DNA of 64,000 nt from Torpedo marmorata (taxonomy: Eukaryota): contig OZ360244.1 of the NCBI GenBank assembly GCA_977017645.1, positions 40,362,001 to 40,426,000 of the forward strand, read 5' to 3'. Within the stretch, counting starts at the first letter, position 1; each line of letters starts with the position of its first letter. A model generated the notes under the pieces. That model was not told the DNA's origin. It did not search any database and saw nothing but the letters and a program-made list of their open reading frames with translations. This document shows, in pieces, positions 37,201 through 52,200 of this stretch. The position numbers were made by a program, and so were the translations under genes.

Positions 37201-40200
37201 TCACTGGAACACCAACCACAGAAGGTAACGAGAAAGTCAAATATTGATGAAATTCAGGGCGTGGATGTTGATTTTAAGGAGATGTAACGGAGAACCAGAT
37301 CAGCTTCAATTGACCGTTTCTTTTACAACCGATCACTGGTGCTGTGGGGTTAAACGTTGGATGGGGAAGGGAAATCTGACAAGATGCACAAATCTCACTC
37401 AAGGATTCATATTTTTAACAGAAAACACAACAAGAGGAGAGCAGTCAACGACGGGATCACCTTCCACTGAGAAACCAACAGCAACGAGCAGTCCGTTTGT
37501 TTCAAACTCAATCACAGGATCCTCCTCTTCAGCAGGTAAATGGAAGAGATCAAAGCCCTTTCCCCAAATTTGTACCTCAATTACCTTTGCGAGAATTGAG
37601 AGTGCAGAACAAAACATAGAAGAGACGATTTAAAAACAAACCGGTCCACAGAAAACGGCAATTGTTAAAGGCTTTGTGCAGCAGTGAGGGCAGAGTTTCA
37701 GCATGTCATCCCGATGAGGACCAGAATGTTCAGGGTGGTCACAGGGATTAACGCGGGGAACAATTGAAGGTTTACGATACACTTTGTGACAAGTATCAGA
37801 AATCTGACATGGACGTGCAGCTTTTCTGTAATTCTTGAACGATACCTTGTCTTTGCCAAATGACGTAATGTGCAGCATTTGCCACAAATTAGTTGTTTTG
37901 ATCGCCTGTTGGCTATGAAACTATAGAGGTGTGGTAAACCACTGTTTAGTATTGTGTCATAGGTATGTCCTGCAGGCTGTCCCGAGGTCTACTCCCCCCC
38001 CTCCCTTGGGTGTCCAGGTAATCCCTCCCCTTTCCTCACCTGAATAAAGGCCACTGTGCCACGGTCACTCCCTCAGTCCGGGATCAGATCTGCAGGAAAC
38101 TACTGCTCTGTTTTAAGGTCATAAAAGCCTATGGTTCGTTCACACTCATAGTCTTTGAGTACTTATTGATAGGCCTATCAATTTTATTACCTTAATAAAA
38201 ATCTGATGGAAGGAGCTCTAAGACCGGATCGTCTGGACATCGATCATCTAGCTCCTGATGCTAGTAACTCTTTTGAACACTGGCTACGCTGTCTAGAGTC
38301 CTTCATGATCACCATCCAAGCAGAAAGCGAGGAGCAGCAACTAAGAGTCCTCGTGTCCAGGGTGAGCTCTCGGTTATTCTCAACGGTGAGAGACTGTAGA
38401 ACCTATACGGAGGCGATGGATGCGCTGAAAAGAATCTACCTGACGCCTGTCAACGCGATCTACGCGAGGTACAGACTCTTTTCGCGAAAGCAGCGAGCCG
38501 GGGAGTCGACCGTGGAGTATGTCAAGGACATACAGTCGCTTGCACGAGCATGCGACTGTAAAGCCCTAACGGCCGAGGAGCACGTTGGAGTGTTGGAGAG
38601 AGACGCTTTCATCATGGGGATCAGGTCGGTTTACGTGCGTGCGCCAGAGGCTGCTGGAGCACGCCGACCTGGACTTTCGTGCGGCGGTATCAATGGTCCA
38701 CACGCTGGAGTCCACGCTGCGGAACTCCGACGCCATGCAGGCGCGCGACCCCCAGCCCGCAGCGTGGTCAGCCCCATCCCCCAGCCCTGCCAACGAACTG
38801 ACTGCCGCCGCCATTTGTAGCGATCCGATCGCTACCGCGATCCTCACCGCCGCTGCCGTTAACCGCGAGCCCGAGAAGTGTTACTTCTGCGGGCTCGATA
38901 AACACCAGAGGAAACGCTGCCCGGCCCGCGACGCGACTTGTTCCAGCTGCGGCAAGAAAGGCCATTACGCGAAGGCCTGCCGCTCCAAGTCGCGCTCGGG
39001 TCCGAGCAGCGCCGCGTGCGAGCTGCGGGAGTGGCCATCTTTGATGCTGGCACTTCCGGCGGCGACCTCGTGCGAAGCGTGGAGGCGGCCATCTTTGATG
39101 CTGGCTCTTCCGGCGCCACCATCTAGTAGGCCCACGTCTGTACTTCCGGCATTACTACCGCCGCCATCTTACAGCGCGAGCAGCAGCGACACGTGCGATC
39201 CACGGGAGCGGCCATCTTTAACAATGGCAGAAGATCAAGATGACTACATCCCAACCCTTGCATTGGTCACCCTTGACCAGAGTGTTCCCCACCAGTTATC
39301 GCGATCCATGATGGACATCCTGGTGGAGGGGCACAAAACCACCTGTCTCTTCGATACGGGCAGTACGGAGAGCTTCATCCACCCGGACACCGTCCAGCGC
39401 TGTGGCCTCACTACCATACCGGTAAGCCAGAGGGTGGCCATGGCGTCTGGGTCACACACAACAGACATCCGGGGGGCTTGTGTGGCAAATATCGTGGTAC
39501 AAGGGACTGAGTATCGCCAATTTTCTCTGTTTATTATGAATCGTTTGTGTGCACCAGTGTTATTAGGTCTTGATTTTCAGAGCCACTTACGGAGTGTCAC
39601 GATGCGGTATGACGGTCCCCACCCTGCGATCACTGTAGCAAACCACCAGTTCCTGAACAACACGCCCCAGACTACCTGTGGCCTCTCCACTCTTAAGATC
39701 TCGCCCCCGTCGCTATTCGCCAACCTGACCCCTGACTGTAAGCCTGTGGCAACCAAGAGCAGGCGATACAGTGCGGGGGACAGGGCGTTTATCAAGACGG
39801 AGGTGCAGAGATTATTACAGGAGGGGATTATTGAGAGGAGTAATAGTCCCTGGAGGGCCCAGGTAGTCGTAGTGAAAGGGGCCAAGAGTAGGATGGTGGT
39901 TGATTACAGTCAGACGATTAATCGATTCACACAGTTGGACGCATATCCGCTACCACGAATAGCGGATATAGTAAATCAGATTGCCCAATATAGGTTCTTT
40001 TCCACCATAGACCTGAAATCCGCGTATCACCAGCTCCCTATCCGAAGGGAGGACCGACCATACACTGCGTTCGAGGCAGATGGTAGGCTGTTCCATTTCC
40101 TGCGGGTTCCGTTCGGGGTTACTAATGGTGTATCGGTTTTTCAGCGGGAGATGGACAGGATTGTGGACCATTATAAACTTAAGGCCACTTTCCCGTACCT

Positions 40201-43200
40201 GGATGATATTACCATCTGTGGTCTTGATCGTCAGGACCACGACAACAACCTCCGGAGGTTCCTGCAGGCGGCCAAAGCACTAAACCTAACATACAATAAA
40301 GAAAAATGTGTGTTCGGTACCACTCGCCTCGCTATTTTGGGGTACGTGGTAGAGAACGGGGTGATTGGACCCGACCCCGACCACATGCGGCCCCTGCTGG
40401 AACTTCCACTTCCCTCCACACCCAAAGCACTCAAACGATGCCTCGGGTTTTTTTCTTATTATGCACAGTGGGTTCCAAATTATGCTGATAAGGCCCGCCC
40501 CCTGGTGAAATCCACCGTTTTTCCCCTTGCTTCGGAGGCATGTAAGGCGTTTGAACTTATAAAAGGGGACATTGCGCGAGCAACAATGCACGCGGTGGAT
40601 GAAGAGACACCTTTTCAGGTAGAGAGCGACGCATCGGACTTCGCGCTGGCTGCTACCCTCAACCAGGCGGGAAGGCCGGTGGCGTTTTTCTCACGGACCC
40701 TCCAAGGCCCCGAAATTCGGCACTCCGCGGTGGAGAAGGAAGCCCAGGCCATAGTGGAAGCAATCAGGCACTGGAGGCACTATCTCGCCGGCAAGCATTT
40801 TACCCTGCTGACCGACCAACGCTCGGTGGCATTTATGTTCAACAATCAGCAGCGGGGTAAGATCAAAAACGACAAGATCATGAGGTGGAGAATAGAACTC
40901 TCCACCTACAATTACGACATCCTTTCCCGGCCTGGGAAGCTCAATGAGCCCTCCGACGCTCTATCCCGGGGATCATGCGCCAGCGCGCAGATCAACCGAT
41001 TACATGCCCTACACGACGTCCTCTGCCACCCAGGAATTACCAGGCTCTTTCACTTTGTGAAGTCACAGAACCTGCCATACTCCCTGGAAGAGGTCAGGAC
41101 AATGATCAGCAGTTGCCGGGTTTGCGCGGAGTGCAAACCCCAGTTCTACCGCCCCGACAAGGCACAGCTGATCAAAGCCACCCGCCCTTTTGAACGTCTC
41201 AGTATTGACTTCAAGGGGCCCCTTCCCTCCACGAACCGCAACGTGTACTTCTTGAATATTATTGATGAGTACTCACGGTTCCCCTTTGCCATCCCCTGCC
41301 CCGACACTTTGGCTACCTCAACCATAAAAGCTCTCCACCAGGTATTTACGCTGTTTGGCTTCCCAAACTATATACATAGCGACCGGGGAGCAGCTTTTAT
41401 GAGTGAGGAGCTGCGACGGTACCTGCAGGCCCGAGGCATCGCCACTAGCAGGACCACCGGATACAATCCCCGGGGAAATGGACAGGTGGAAAGGGAGAAC
41501 GCTACTGTCTGGAAGGCGGCGCTCCTGGCTCTCAAGTCCAGGGGATGGCCGGTCTCCCGCTGGCAGGATGTCCTCCCCGAAGCCCTCCACTCTATCCGGT
41601 CCCTGCTGTGCACATCCACAAACGCTACCCCCCATGAACGATTTTTTTCCTTCCCCAGGAAGTCGACCACCGGAACTGCCCTACCTGCCTGGCTGACGTC
41701 CCCGGGACCGGTGCTGCTCCGCAATCACCTTCGGAGCAGCAAATATGAGCCGACAGTCCAGAGGGTGCAGTTGGCGTACGCCAACCCACAATATGCATAC
41801 GTGGTCTTCCCGGATGGGCGAGAGGACACTGTCTCGATTCGTGATCTGGCGCCCGCTGGGGCACCGGAAGAAAATCCCGACGGGCGAGACCACCTGCTGC
41901 AACCCCTTCCTAATCCCCCGCCCAGTGCGTCAGACCCAGCCCCCTCGCCGGGACAACAGACACTCCAAGAAGCCAGGCAGGAGGCGACTGCACAGACAAC
42001 CCTACCATCTCCCCCATCACCACAACCCGCCCCGCCACTACGCAGGTCACAGCGGCAAATTCGACCGCCGGATCGCCTTGACCTGTGAAAGTGCATGTAT
42101 ATATATATATTTCTGTATGATAGTCACTGTATGTTTTTCTGTAACATAGTTAGAGTGGTCCCGTCACCCCGCTGGACTCTTTTTTAAAAAGGAGGGGTGA
42201 ATGTGGTAAACCACTGTTTAGTATTGTGGTATAGGTATGTCCTGCAGGCTGTCCCGAAGTCTACTCCCCCCCCTCCCTTGGGTGTCCAGGTAATCCCTCC
42301 CCTTTCCTCACCTGAATAAAGGCCACTGTGCCACGGTCACTCCCTCAGTCCGGGATCAGATCTGCAGGAAACTACTGCTCTGTTTTAAGGTAATAAAAGC
42401 CTATGGTTCGTTCACACTCATAGTCTTTGAGTACTTATTGATAGGCCTATCAAGAGGTAGCAATTGAAATGCACCTTTCAACTCCATTTGAAGGAAAGGC
42501 AAGATTCGAAGGTCAGATGTCCCATTGTGGCACCAATCTATGAGTTCCTGAATCGCAGGAGAAGCTGCAGCTTCTGACAAAGTGTTTTCCAAATCTGGAC
42601 ACTGATTACAATTGGAAAACTTAACGCACTCAACACAAACATTAGAAATTCTGCCTGCCCCGCAGGAAAAAGAATTTCAGGATTGTATGTGATGTCGTGT
42701 ATGTACTCTGACAATAAAGCTGAAATATGAACTTTGAACAATTTAAAGTTTGTGCAGAGAATGCGGAGAAAAAGCTTTGGGTTAACAAATCCTATTTGCA
42801 TTTGAACAGGGTCGGAAACAACCGTTCAGGTGACAACAGTGGGAACGACCCCATCAGAAACTTCAACATTAACAAGTACGACAGTTGTTTCCACTTCACT
42901 CACTGGAACACCAACCACAGAAGGTAACGAGAAAGTCAAATATTGATGAAATTCAGGGCGTGGATGTTGATTTTAAGGAGATGTAACGGAGAACCAGATC
43001 AGCTTCAATTGACCGTTTCTTTTACAACCGATCACTGGTGCTGTGGGGTTGGACGTTGGATGTGGAAGTTAATCTGACAAGATGCACAAATCTCACTCAA
43101 GGATTCATATTTTTAACAGAAAGCACAACAAGAGGAGAGCAGTCAACGACGGGATCACCTTCCACTGAGAAACCAAGAGCAACGAGCAGTCCGTCTGTTT

Positions 43201-46200
43201 CAAGCTCAACCACAGGATCCTCTTCTTCAGCAGGTAAATGGAAGAGATCGAAGCCCTTTCCCCAAATTTGTTCCTCAATTACCTTTGCGAGAATTGAGAG
43301 TGCAGAACAAAACATAGAAGAGACTATTTAAAAACAAACCGGTCCACTGAAAATGGCAATTGTTAAAGGCTTTGTGCAGCAGTTAGGGCAGAGTTTCAGC
43401 ATGTAACCCCGATGAGGACCAGAATGTTCAGGGTGGTCACAGGCATTAACGCGGGGAGCAATTGAAGGTTTACGATACACTTTGTGACAAGTATCAGAAA
43501 TTTGACATTAATGTGCAGCTTTTCTGTAATTCTTGAACGATACGTTGTCTTTGCCAAATGACTTAATGTCCAGCATTTGCCACAAATTAGTTGTTTTGAT
43601 CGCCTGTTGGCTATAGAACTATAGAGGTAGCAATTGAAATGCACCTTTCCACTCCATTTGAAGGAAAGGCAAGATTCGAAGGTCAGATGTCCCATTGTGG
43701 CACCAATCTATGAGTTCCTGAATCGCAGGAGAAGCTGCAGCTTCTGACAAAGTGTTTTCCAAATTTGGACACTGATTACAATTGGAAAACTTAACGCACT
43801 CAACACTAACGGTGTAAATTCTGCTTGGCCCGCAGGAAAAAACAATCTCAGGGTTGTATGTGATGTCGTGTATGTACTCTGACAATAAAGCTGAAATATG
43901 AACTTTGAACAATTTAAACTTTGTGCAGAGATTGCGGAGAAAAAGCTTTGGGTTTACTAAACCTATTTGCATTTGAACAGTGTCTGAAACAACCGTTCAG
44001 GTGACAACAGCGGGAACGACTCCATCAGAAACTTCAACATTTACAAGCACGACAGTTGTTTCCACGTCACCCACCGGAACACCAACCACAGAAGGTAACG
44101 ACAAAGTTAAATATTGATACAAATCAGGGCGTGGATTTTGATTTTAAGCATATGTAACGGAGAAACAGATCAGCTTGAATTGACCGTTTCTTTTGCAACC
44201 GATCAATGGTGCTGTGGGGTTGGACGTTGCATGGGGAAGGAAAATCTGACATGATGCACAAATCTCACTCAAGGGTCCATATTTTTAACAGAAAGCACAA
44301 CAAGTGGAGAGCAGTCAACGACAGGATCACCTTCCACTGAGAAACCAACAGCAACGAGCAGTCCGTCTGTTACAAGCTCATTCACAGGATCCTCCTCTTC
44401 AGCAGGTAAACGGAAGAGATCAAAGCCCTTTCCTCAAATTTGTTCCTCAATCACTTCTGCGACAACTGAGAGTGCAGAACAAAACATAGAAGAGACGATT
44501 TAAAAACAAACCGGTCCACTGGAAACGGCAATTGTTAAGGCTTTGTGCAGCAGTTAGGGCAGAGTTTCAGCATGTAACCCCGATGAGGACCAGAATATTC
44601 AGGGTGGTCACAGGGATTAACGCGGGGAACAATTGAAGGTTTACGATACACTTTGTGACAAGTATCAGAAATTTGACATGGACGTGCAGCTTTTCTGTAA
44701 TTCTTGAACGATACCTTGTCTTTTCCAAATGACGTAATGTCCAGCATTTGCCACAAATTAGTTGTTTTGATCGCCTGTTGGCTATAAAACTATAGAGGTA
44801 GCAATTGAAATGCACCTTTCCACTCCATTTGAAGGAAAGGCAAGATTCGAAGGTCAGATGTCCCATTGTGGCACCAATCTATGAGTTCCTGAATCGCAGG
44901 AGAAGCTGCAGCTTCTGACAAAGTGTTTTCCAAATCTGGACTCTGATTACAATTGGAAAACTTAACACACTCAACACTAACGGTAGAAATTCTGCCTGGC
45001 CCGCAGGAAAAAACAATCTCACGGTTGTATGTGATGTCATGTATTTAATCTGACAATAAATCTGAACTATGAACTTTGAACAATTTAATCTTTGTGCAGA
45101 GATTGCGGAGAAAAAGCTTTGGGTTAACAAATCCTATTTGCATTTGAACAGGGTCCGAAACAACTGTTCAGGTGACAACAGCGGGAACGACTCCATCAGA
45201 AACTTCAACATTAACAAGCACGACAGTTGTTTCCACGTCACCCACCGGAACACCAACCACAGAAGGTAACGACAAAGCCAAATATTGATGAAAATCATGA
45301 TGTGGATGTTGAATTTAAGTAGATGTAACGGATAAACAGATCAGCTTCAATTGACTGTTTCTTTTGCAACCGATCACTGGTGCTGTGGGGTTAAACGTTG
45401 GATGGGGAAGGGAAATCTGACACGATGCACAAATCTCACTCGAGGGTTCATATTTTTAACAGAAAGCACAACAAGTGGAGAGCAGTCAACGACGGGATCA
45501 CCTTCCACTGAGAAACCAACAGCAACGAGCAGTCCGTCTGTTTCAAGCTCATTCACAGGATCCTCCTCTTCAGCAGGTAAATGGAAGAGATCAAAGCCCT
45601 TTCCCCAAATTTGTTCCTCAATTACTTCTGCGACAACTGAGAGTGCAGAACAAAACATAGAAGAGACGATTTAAAATCAAACCGGTCCACTGAAAACGGC
45701 GATAGTTAAAGGCTTTGTGCAGCAGTTGGGGCAGAGTTTCAGCATGTAACCCCGATGAGGACCAGAATGTTCGGCGTGGTCACAGGGATTTATGCCGGGA
45801 GAAATTGAAGGTTTTTGAAACACTTTGTGGCAAGTATCATAAATTTGATATTAACTTTCAGCTTTTCCGTAATTCTTGGACGTTACCTTGTGTGTGCCAA
45901 ATGACGTAATGTCCAGCATTTGCCACATATCAGTTGTTTTGATCACCTGTTGGCTAAAAAATCTATAAAGCACCAGCTATTGAAATGCACCTTTCCACTC
46001 CACTGCAAAGTAAGGCAACATTGGAAGGTCAGATGTCCCGTTGTGGCTCCAATCTATGAGTTCCTGAGTCGCAGGAGAAGCTGCAGTTTCTGACAATGTG
46101 TTTTCCGAACCTGGACTCTGATTACAATTGGAAACATTAACACACTCAACACAAACAGTAGAAATTCTGCCTCGCCTGCAGGAAAAAGAATCTCAGGGTT

Positions 46201-49200
46201 GTATGTATTGTCATGTATCCACTCTGACAATAAATCTGAACTATGAACATTGAACAATTTAAAGTTTGAGCAGAGATGCGGAGAAAAAGCTTTGGGTTAA
46301 CTAAACCTATTTGCATTTGAACAGGGTCTGAAACAACCGTTCAGGTGACAACAGCGGGAACGACTCCATCAGAAACTTCAACATTAACAAGCACGACAGT
46401 TGTTTCCACGTCACCCACTCGAACACCAACCAGGGAAGGTAACGAGAAAGTCAAATATCGATACAAATCAGGGCGTGGATGTTGATTTTAACGTGATGTA
46501 ACGGAGAAACAGATCAGCTTCAATTGACCGTTTCTTTTACAACCGATCAATGGTGCTGTGGGGTTGGACGTTGGATGGGGAAGGGAAATCTGACAAGATG
46601 CACAAATCTCACTCAAGGGTCCATATTTTTAACAGAAAGCACAACAAGTGGAGAGCAGTCAACGACGGGATCACCTTCCACTGAGAAACCAACAGCAACG
46701 AGCAGTCCGTCTGTTTCAAGCTCATTCACAGGATCCTCCTCTTCAGCAGGTAAATGGAAGAGATCAAAGCCCTTTCCCCAAATTTGTACCTCAATTACCA
46801 TTGCGAGAATTGAGAGTGCAGAACAAAACATAGAAGTGACGATTTAAAAACAAACAGTTACACTGAAAACGGCAATTGTTAAAGGCTTTGTGCAGCAGTT
46901 AGGGCAGAGTTTCAGCATGTAACCCCGATGAGGACCAGAATGTTCAGGGTGGTCACAGGGATTAACTCGGGGAGGAATTGAAGGTTTACGATACACTTTG
47001 TGACAAGTATCAGAAATTTGACATTAACGTGCAGCTTTTCTGTAATTCTTCAACGATACCTTGTCTTTGCCAAATGACGTAATGTCCAGCATTTGCCACA
47101 AATTAGTTGTTTTGATCGCCTGTTGGCTGTAAAACTAAAGCGGCAGCAATTGAAATGCAACTTTCCACTCCATTTGAAGGAAAGGCAAGATTCGAAGGTC
47201 AGATGTCCCGTTGTGGCTCCAATCTATGAGTTCCTGAATCACAGGAGAAGCTGCAGCTTCTGACAAAGTGTTTTCCAAATCTGGACTCTGATTACAATTG
47301 GAAAACTTAACGCACTCAACACAAACATTAGAAATTCTGCCTGTCCCGCAGGAAAAAGAATCTCAGGGTTGTATGTGATGTCATGTATGTACTCTGACAA
47401 TAAAGCTGAAATATGAACTTTGAACAATTTAAAGTTTGTGCAGAGATTGCGGAGAAAAAGCTTTGGGTTAACTAAACCTATTTGCATTTGAACAGGGCCT
47501 GAAACAACCGTTCAGGTGACAACAGCGGGAACGACCCCATCAGAAACTTCAACATTAACAAGCACGACAGTTGTTTCCACGTCACCCACTGGAACACCAA
47601 CCACAGAAGGTAACGACAAAGTCAAATATTGATGAAAATCATGATGTGGATGTTGATTTTAAGGAGATGTAACGGAGAAACAGATCAGCTTCAATTGACC
47701 GTTTCTTTTGCAACCGATCACTGGTGCTGTGGGGTTGGACGTTGGATGGGGAAGGGAAATCTGACACGATGCACAAATCTCACTCGAGGGTTCATATTTT
47801 TAACAGAAAGCACAACAAGAGGGGAGCAGTCAACGACGGGATCACCTTCCACTGAGAAACCAACATCGACGAGCAGTCCGTCTGTTTCAAGCTCATTCAC
47901 AGGATCCTCCTCTTCAGCAGGTAAATGGAAGAGATCAAAGCTTTTCCTTAAATTTGTTCCTCAATTACTTCTGCGACAACTGAGAGTGCAGAACAAAACA
48001 TAGAAGAGACGATTTAAAAACAAACCGGTCCACTGAAAACGGCGATTGTTAAAGGCTTTGTGCAGCAGTTAGGGCAGAGTTTCAGCATGTAACCCCGATG
48101 AGGACCAGAATGTTCAGGGTGGTCACAGGGATTAACGCGGGGAGCAATTGAAGAATTTCGATACACTTTGTGATAAGTATCAGAAATTTGACATTAACGT
48201 GCAGCTTTTCTGTAATTCTTCAACGATACCTTGACTGTGCCAAATGACGTAATGTCCAGCATTTGCCACAAATTAGTTGTTTTGATCGCCTGTTGGCTAT
48301 AAAACTAAAGCGGTAGCAATTGAAATGCACCTTTCCACTCCATTTGAAGGAAAGGCAAGATTCGAAGGTCAGATGTCCCATTGTGGCACCAATCTATGAG
48401 TTCCTGAATCGCAGGAGAAGCTGCAGCTTCTGACAAAGTGTTTTCCAAATCTGGACTCTGATTACAATTGGAAAACTTAACACACTCAACACTAACGGTA
48501 GAAATTCTGCCTGGCCCGCAGGAAAAAACAATCTCACGGTTGTATGTGATGTCATGTATGTAATCTGACAATAAATCTGAACAATGAACTTTGAACAATT
48601 TAAACTTTGTGCAGAGATTGCGGAGAAAAAGCTTTGGGTTAACAAATCCTATTTGCATTTGAACAGGGTCCGAAACAACTGTTCAGGTGACAACAGCGGG
48701 AACGACTCCATCAGAAACTTCAACATTAACAAGCACGACAGTTGTTTCCACGTCACCCACCGGAACACCAACCACAGAAGGTAACGACAAAGCCAAATAT
48801 TGATGAAAATCATGATGTGGATGTTGAATTTAAGTAGATGTAACGGATAAACAGATCAGCTTCAATTGACTGTTTCTTTTGCAACCGATCACTGGTGCTG
48901 TGGGGTTAAACGTTGGATGGGGAAGGGAAATCTGACACGATGCACAAATCTCACTCGAGGGTTCATATTTTTAACAGAGAGCACAATAAGTGGAGAGCAG
49001 TTAATGACGGGATCACCTTCCACTGAGAAACCAACAGCAACGAGCAGTCGGTCTGTTTCAAGCTCATTCACAGGATCCTCCTCTTCAGCAGGTAAATGGA
49101 AGAGATCAAAGCCCTTTCCCCAAATTTGTTCCTCAATTACTTCTGCGACAACTGAGAGTGCAGAACAAAACATAGAAGAGACGATTTAAAATCAAACCGG

Positions 49201-52200
49201 TCCACTAAAAACGGCGATTGTTAAAGGCTTTGTGCAGCAGTTGGGGCAGAGTTTCAGCATGTAACCCCGATGAGGACCAGAATGTTCGGCGTGGTCACAG
49301 GGATTTATGCCGGGAGAAATTGAAGGTTTTTGAAACACTTTGTGGCAAGTATCATAAATTTGATATTAACTTTCAGCTTTTCCGTAATTCTTGGACGTTA
49401 CCTTGTGTGTGCCAAATGACGTAATGTCCAGCATTTGCCACATATCAGTTGTTTTGATCACCTGTTGGCTAAAAAATCTATAAAGCACCAGCTATTGAAA
49501 TGCACCTTTCCACTCCACTGCAAAGTAAGGCAACATTGGAAGGTCAGATGTCCCGTTGTGGCTCCAATCTATGAGTTCCTGAGTCGCAGGAGAAGCTGCA
49601 GTTTCTGACAATGTGTTTTCCGAACCTGGACTCTGATTACAATTGGAAACATTAACACACTCAACACAAACAGTAGAAATTCTGCCTCGCCTGCAGGAAA
49701 AAGAATCTCAGGGTTGTATGTGATGTCATGTATCCACTCTGACAATAAATCTGAACTATGAACTTTGAACAATTTAAAGTTTGAGCAGAGATGCGGAGAA
49801 AAAGCTTTGGGTTAACTAAACCTATTTGCATTTGAACAGGGTCCGAAACAACCGTTCAGGTGACAACAGCGGGAACGACTCCATCAGAAACTTCAACATT
49901 AACAAGTACGACAGTTGTTTCCACGTCACCCACCGGAACACCAACCAGGGAAGGTAACGACAAAGTCAAATATCGATACAAATCAGGGCGTGGATGTTGA
50001 TTTTAACGTGATGTAACGGAGAAACAGATCAGCTTCAATTGACCGTTTCTTTTACAACCGATCACTGGTGCTGTGGGGTTGGACGTTGGATGGGGAAGGG
50101 AAATCTGACAAGATGCACAAATCTCACTCAAGGGTCCATATTTTTAACAGAAAGCACAACAAGTGGAGAGCAGTCAACGACAGAATCACCTTCCACTGAG
50201 AAACCAACATCAACGAGCACTCCGTCTGTTTCAAGCTCATTCACAGGATCCTCCTCTTCAGCAGGTAAATGGAAGAGATCAAAGCCCTTTACCCATATTT
50301 GTACCTCAATTACCATTGCGAGAATTGAGAGTGCAGAACGAAACATAGAAGTGACGATTTAAAAACAAACAGTTACACTGAAAACGGCGATAGTTAAAGG
50401 CTTTGTGCAGCAGTTAGGGCAGAGTTTCAGCATGTAACCCCGATGAGGACCAGAATGTTCAGGGTGGTCACAGGGATTAACGCGGGGAGCAATTGAAGGT
50501 TTACGATACACTTTGTGACAAGTATCAGAAATTTGACATTAACGTACAGCTTTTCTGTAATTCTTCAACGATACCTTGTCTTTGCCAAATGACGTAATGT
50601 CCAGCATTTGCCACAAATTAGTTGTTTTGATCGCCTGTTGGCTGTAAAACTATAGAAGCAGCAATTGAAATGCACCTTTCAACTCCATTTGAAGGAAAGG
50701 CAAGATTCGAAGGTCAGATGTCCCATTGTGGCTCCAATCTATGAGTTCCTGAATCGCAGGAGAAGCTGCAGCTTCTGACAATGTGTTTTCCAAATCTGGA
50801 CTCTGATTACAATTGGAAAACTTAACGCACTCAACACAAACATTAGAAATTCTGCCTGCCCCGCAGGAAAAAGAATCTCATGGTTGTATGTGATGTCATT
50901 TATGTAATCTGACAATAAATCTGAATTATGAATTTTGAACAATTTAAAGTTTGTGCAGAGATTGCGGAGAAAAAGCTTTGGGTTAACAAATCCTATTTGC
51001 ATTTGAACAGGGTCTGAAACAACCGTTCAGGTGACAACAGCGGGAACGACTCCATCAGAAACTTCAACATTAAAAAGCACGACAGTTGTTTCCACTTCAC
51101 TCACTGGAACACCAACCACAGAAGGTAACGAGAAAGTCAAATATTGATGAAATTCAGGGCGTGGATGTTGATTTTAAGGAGATGTAACGGAGAAACAGAT
51201 CAGCTTATATTGACCGTTTCTTTTACAACCGATCACTGGTGATGTGGGGTTGGACATTGGATGGGGAAGTTAATCTGACAAGATGCACAAATCTCACTCA
51301 AAGATTCATATTTTTAACAGAAAGCACAACAAGTGGAGAGCAGTCAACGACGGGATCACCTTCCACTGAGAAACCAACAGCAACGAGCAGTCCGTTTGTT
51401 TCAAGCTCAATCACAGGATCCTCCTCTTCAGCAGGTAAATGGAAGAGATCAAAGCCCTTTCCCCAAATTTGTTCCTCAATCACTTCTGCGACAACTGAGA
51501 GTGCAGAACAAAACATAGAAGAGACGATTTAAAAACAAACAGTTACACTGAAAACGGCGATAGTTAAAGGGTTTGTGCAGCAGTTAGGGCAGAGTTTCAG
51601 CATGTAACCCCGATGAGGACCAGAATGTTCAGGGTGGTCACAGGGATTAACGCCGGGAGCAATTGAAGGTTTACGATACACTTTGTGACAAGTATCAGAA
51701 ATTTGACATGGATGTGCAGCTTTTCCATAATGCTTGAACGATACCTTGTATTTGTCAAATGACGTAATGTCCAGCATTTGCCACAAATTAGTTGTTTTGA
51801 TCACCTGTTTGCTATAAAACTAAAGCGGCAGCAATTGAAATGCACCTCTCCACTCCATTGGAAGGTCAGATGTCCCATTGTGGCTCCAATCTATGAGTTC
51901 CTGAATCGCAGGAGAAGCTGCAGCTTCTGACAATGTGTTTTCCGCATCTGGACTCTGATTACAATTGGAAAACTTAACGCACTCAACACAAACATTAGAA
52001 ATTCTGCCTCGCCTGCAGGAAAAAGAATCTCAGGGTTGTATGTGATGTCGTATATGTACTCTGACAATAAAGCTGAAATATGAACTTTGAACAATTTAAA
52101 CTTTGTGTAGAGATTACGGAGAAAAAGCTTTGGGTTAACTAAACCTATTTGCATTTGAACAGGGTCTGAAACAACCGTTCAGGTGACAACAGCGGGAACG

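Larger units (their letters stand above)
37930..42452 (+). mobile_element. Ty3/Gypsy LTR retrotransposon, near-intact (4.5 kb)
   Basis: 251-bp TG...CA LTRs; TSD AGAGG (37925-37929 and 42453-42457); PPT aaaaaggaggggtgaa at 42186-42201; domain order PR-RT-RH-IN. Confidence 0.96.

Noticed and set aside
38585-38820. Programmed gag-pol frameshift in the Gypsy element
   Set aside because: The overlap is explained by a 4-bp GTGC duplication in the middle of gag, and there is no slippery heptamer there.
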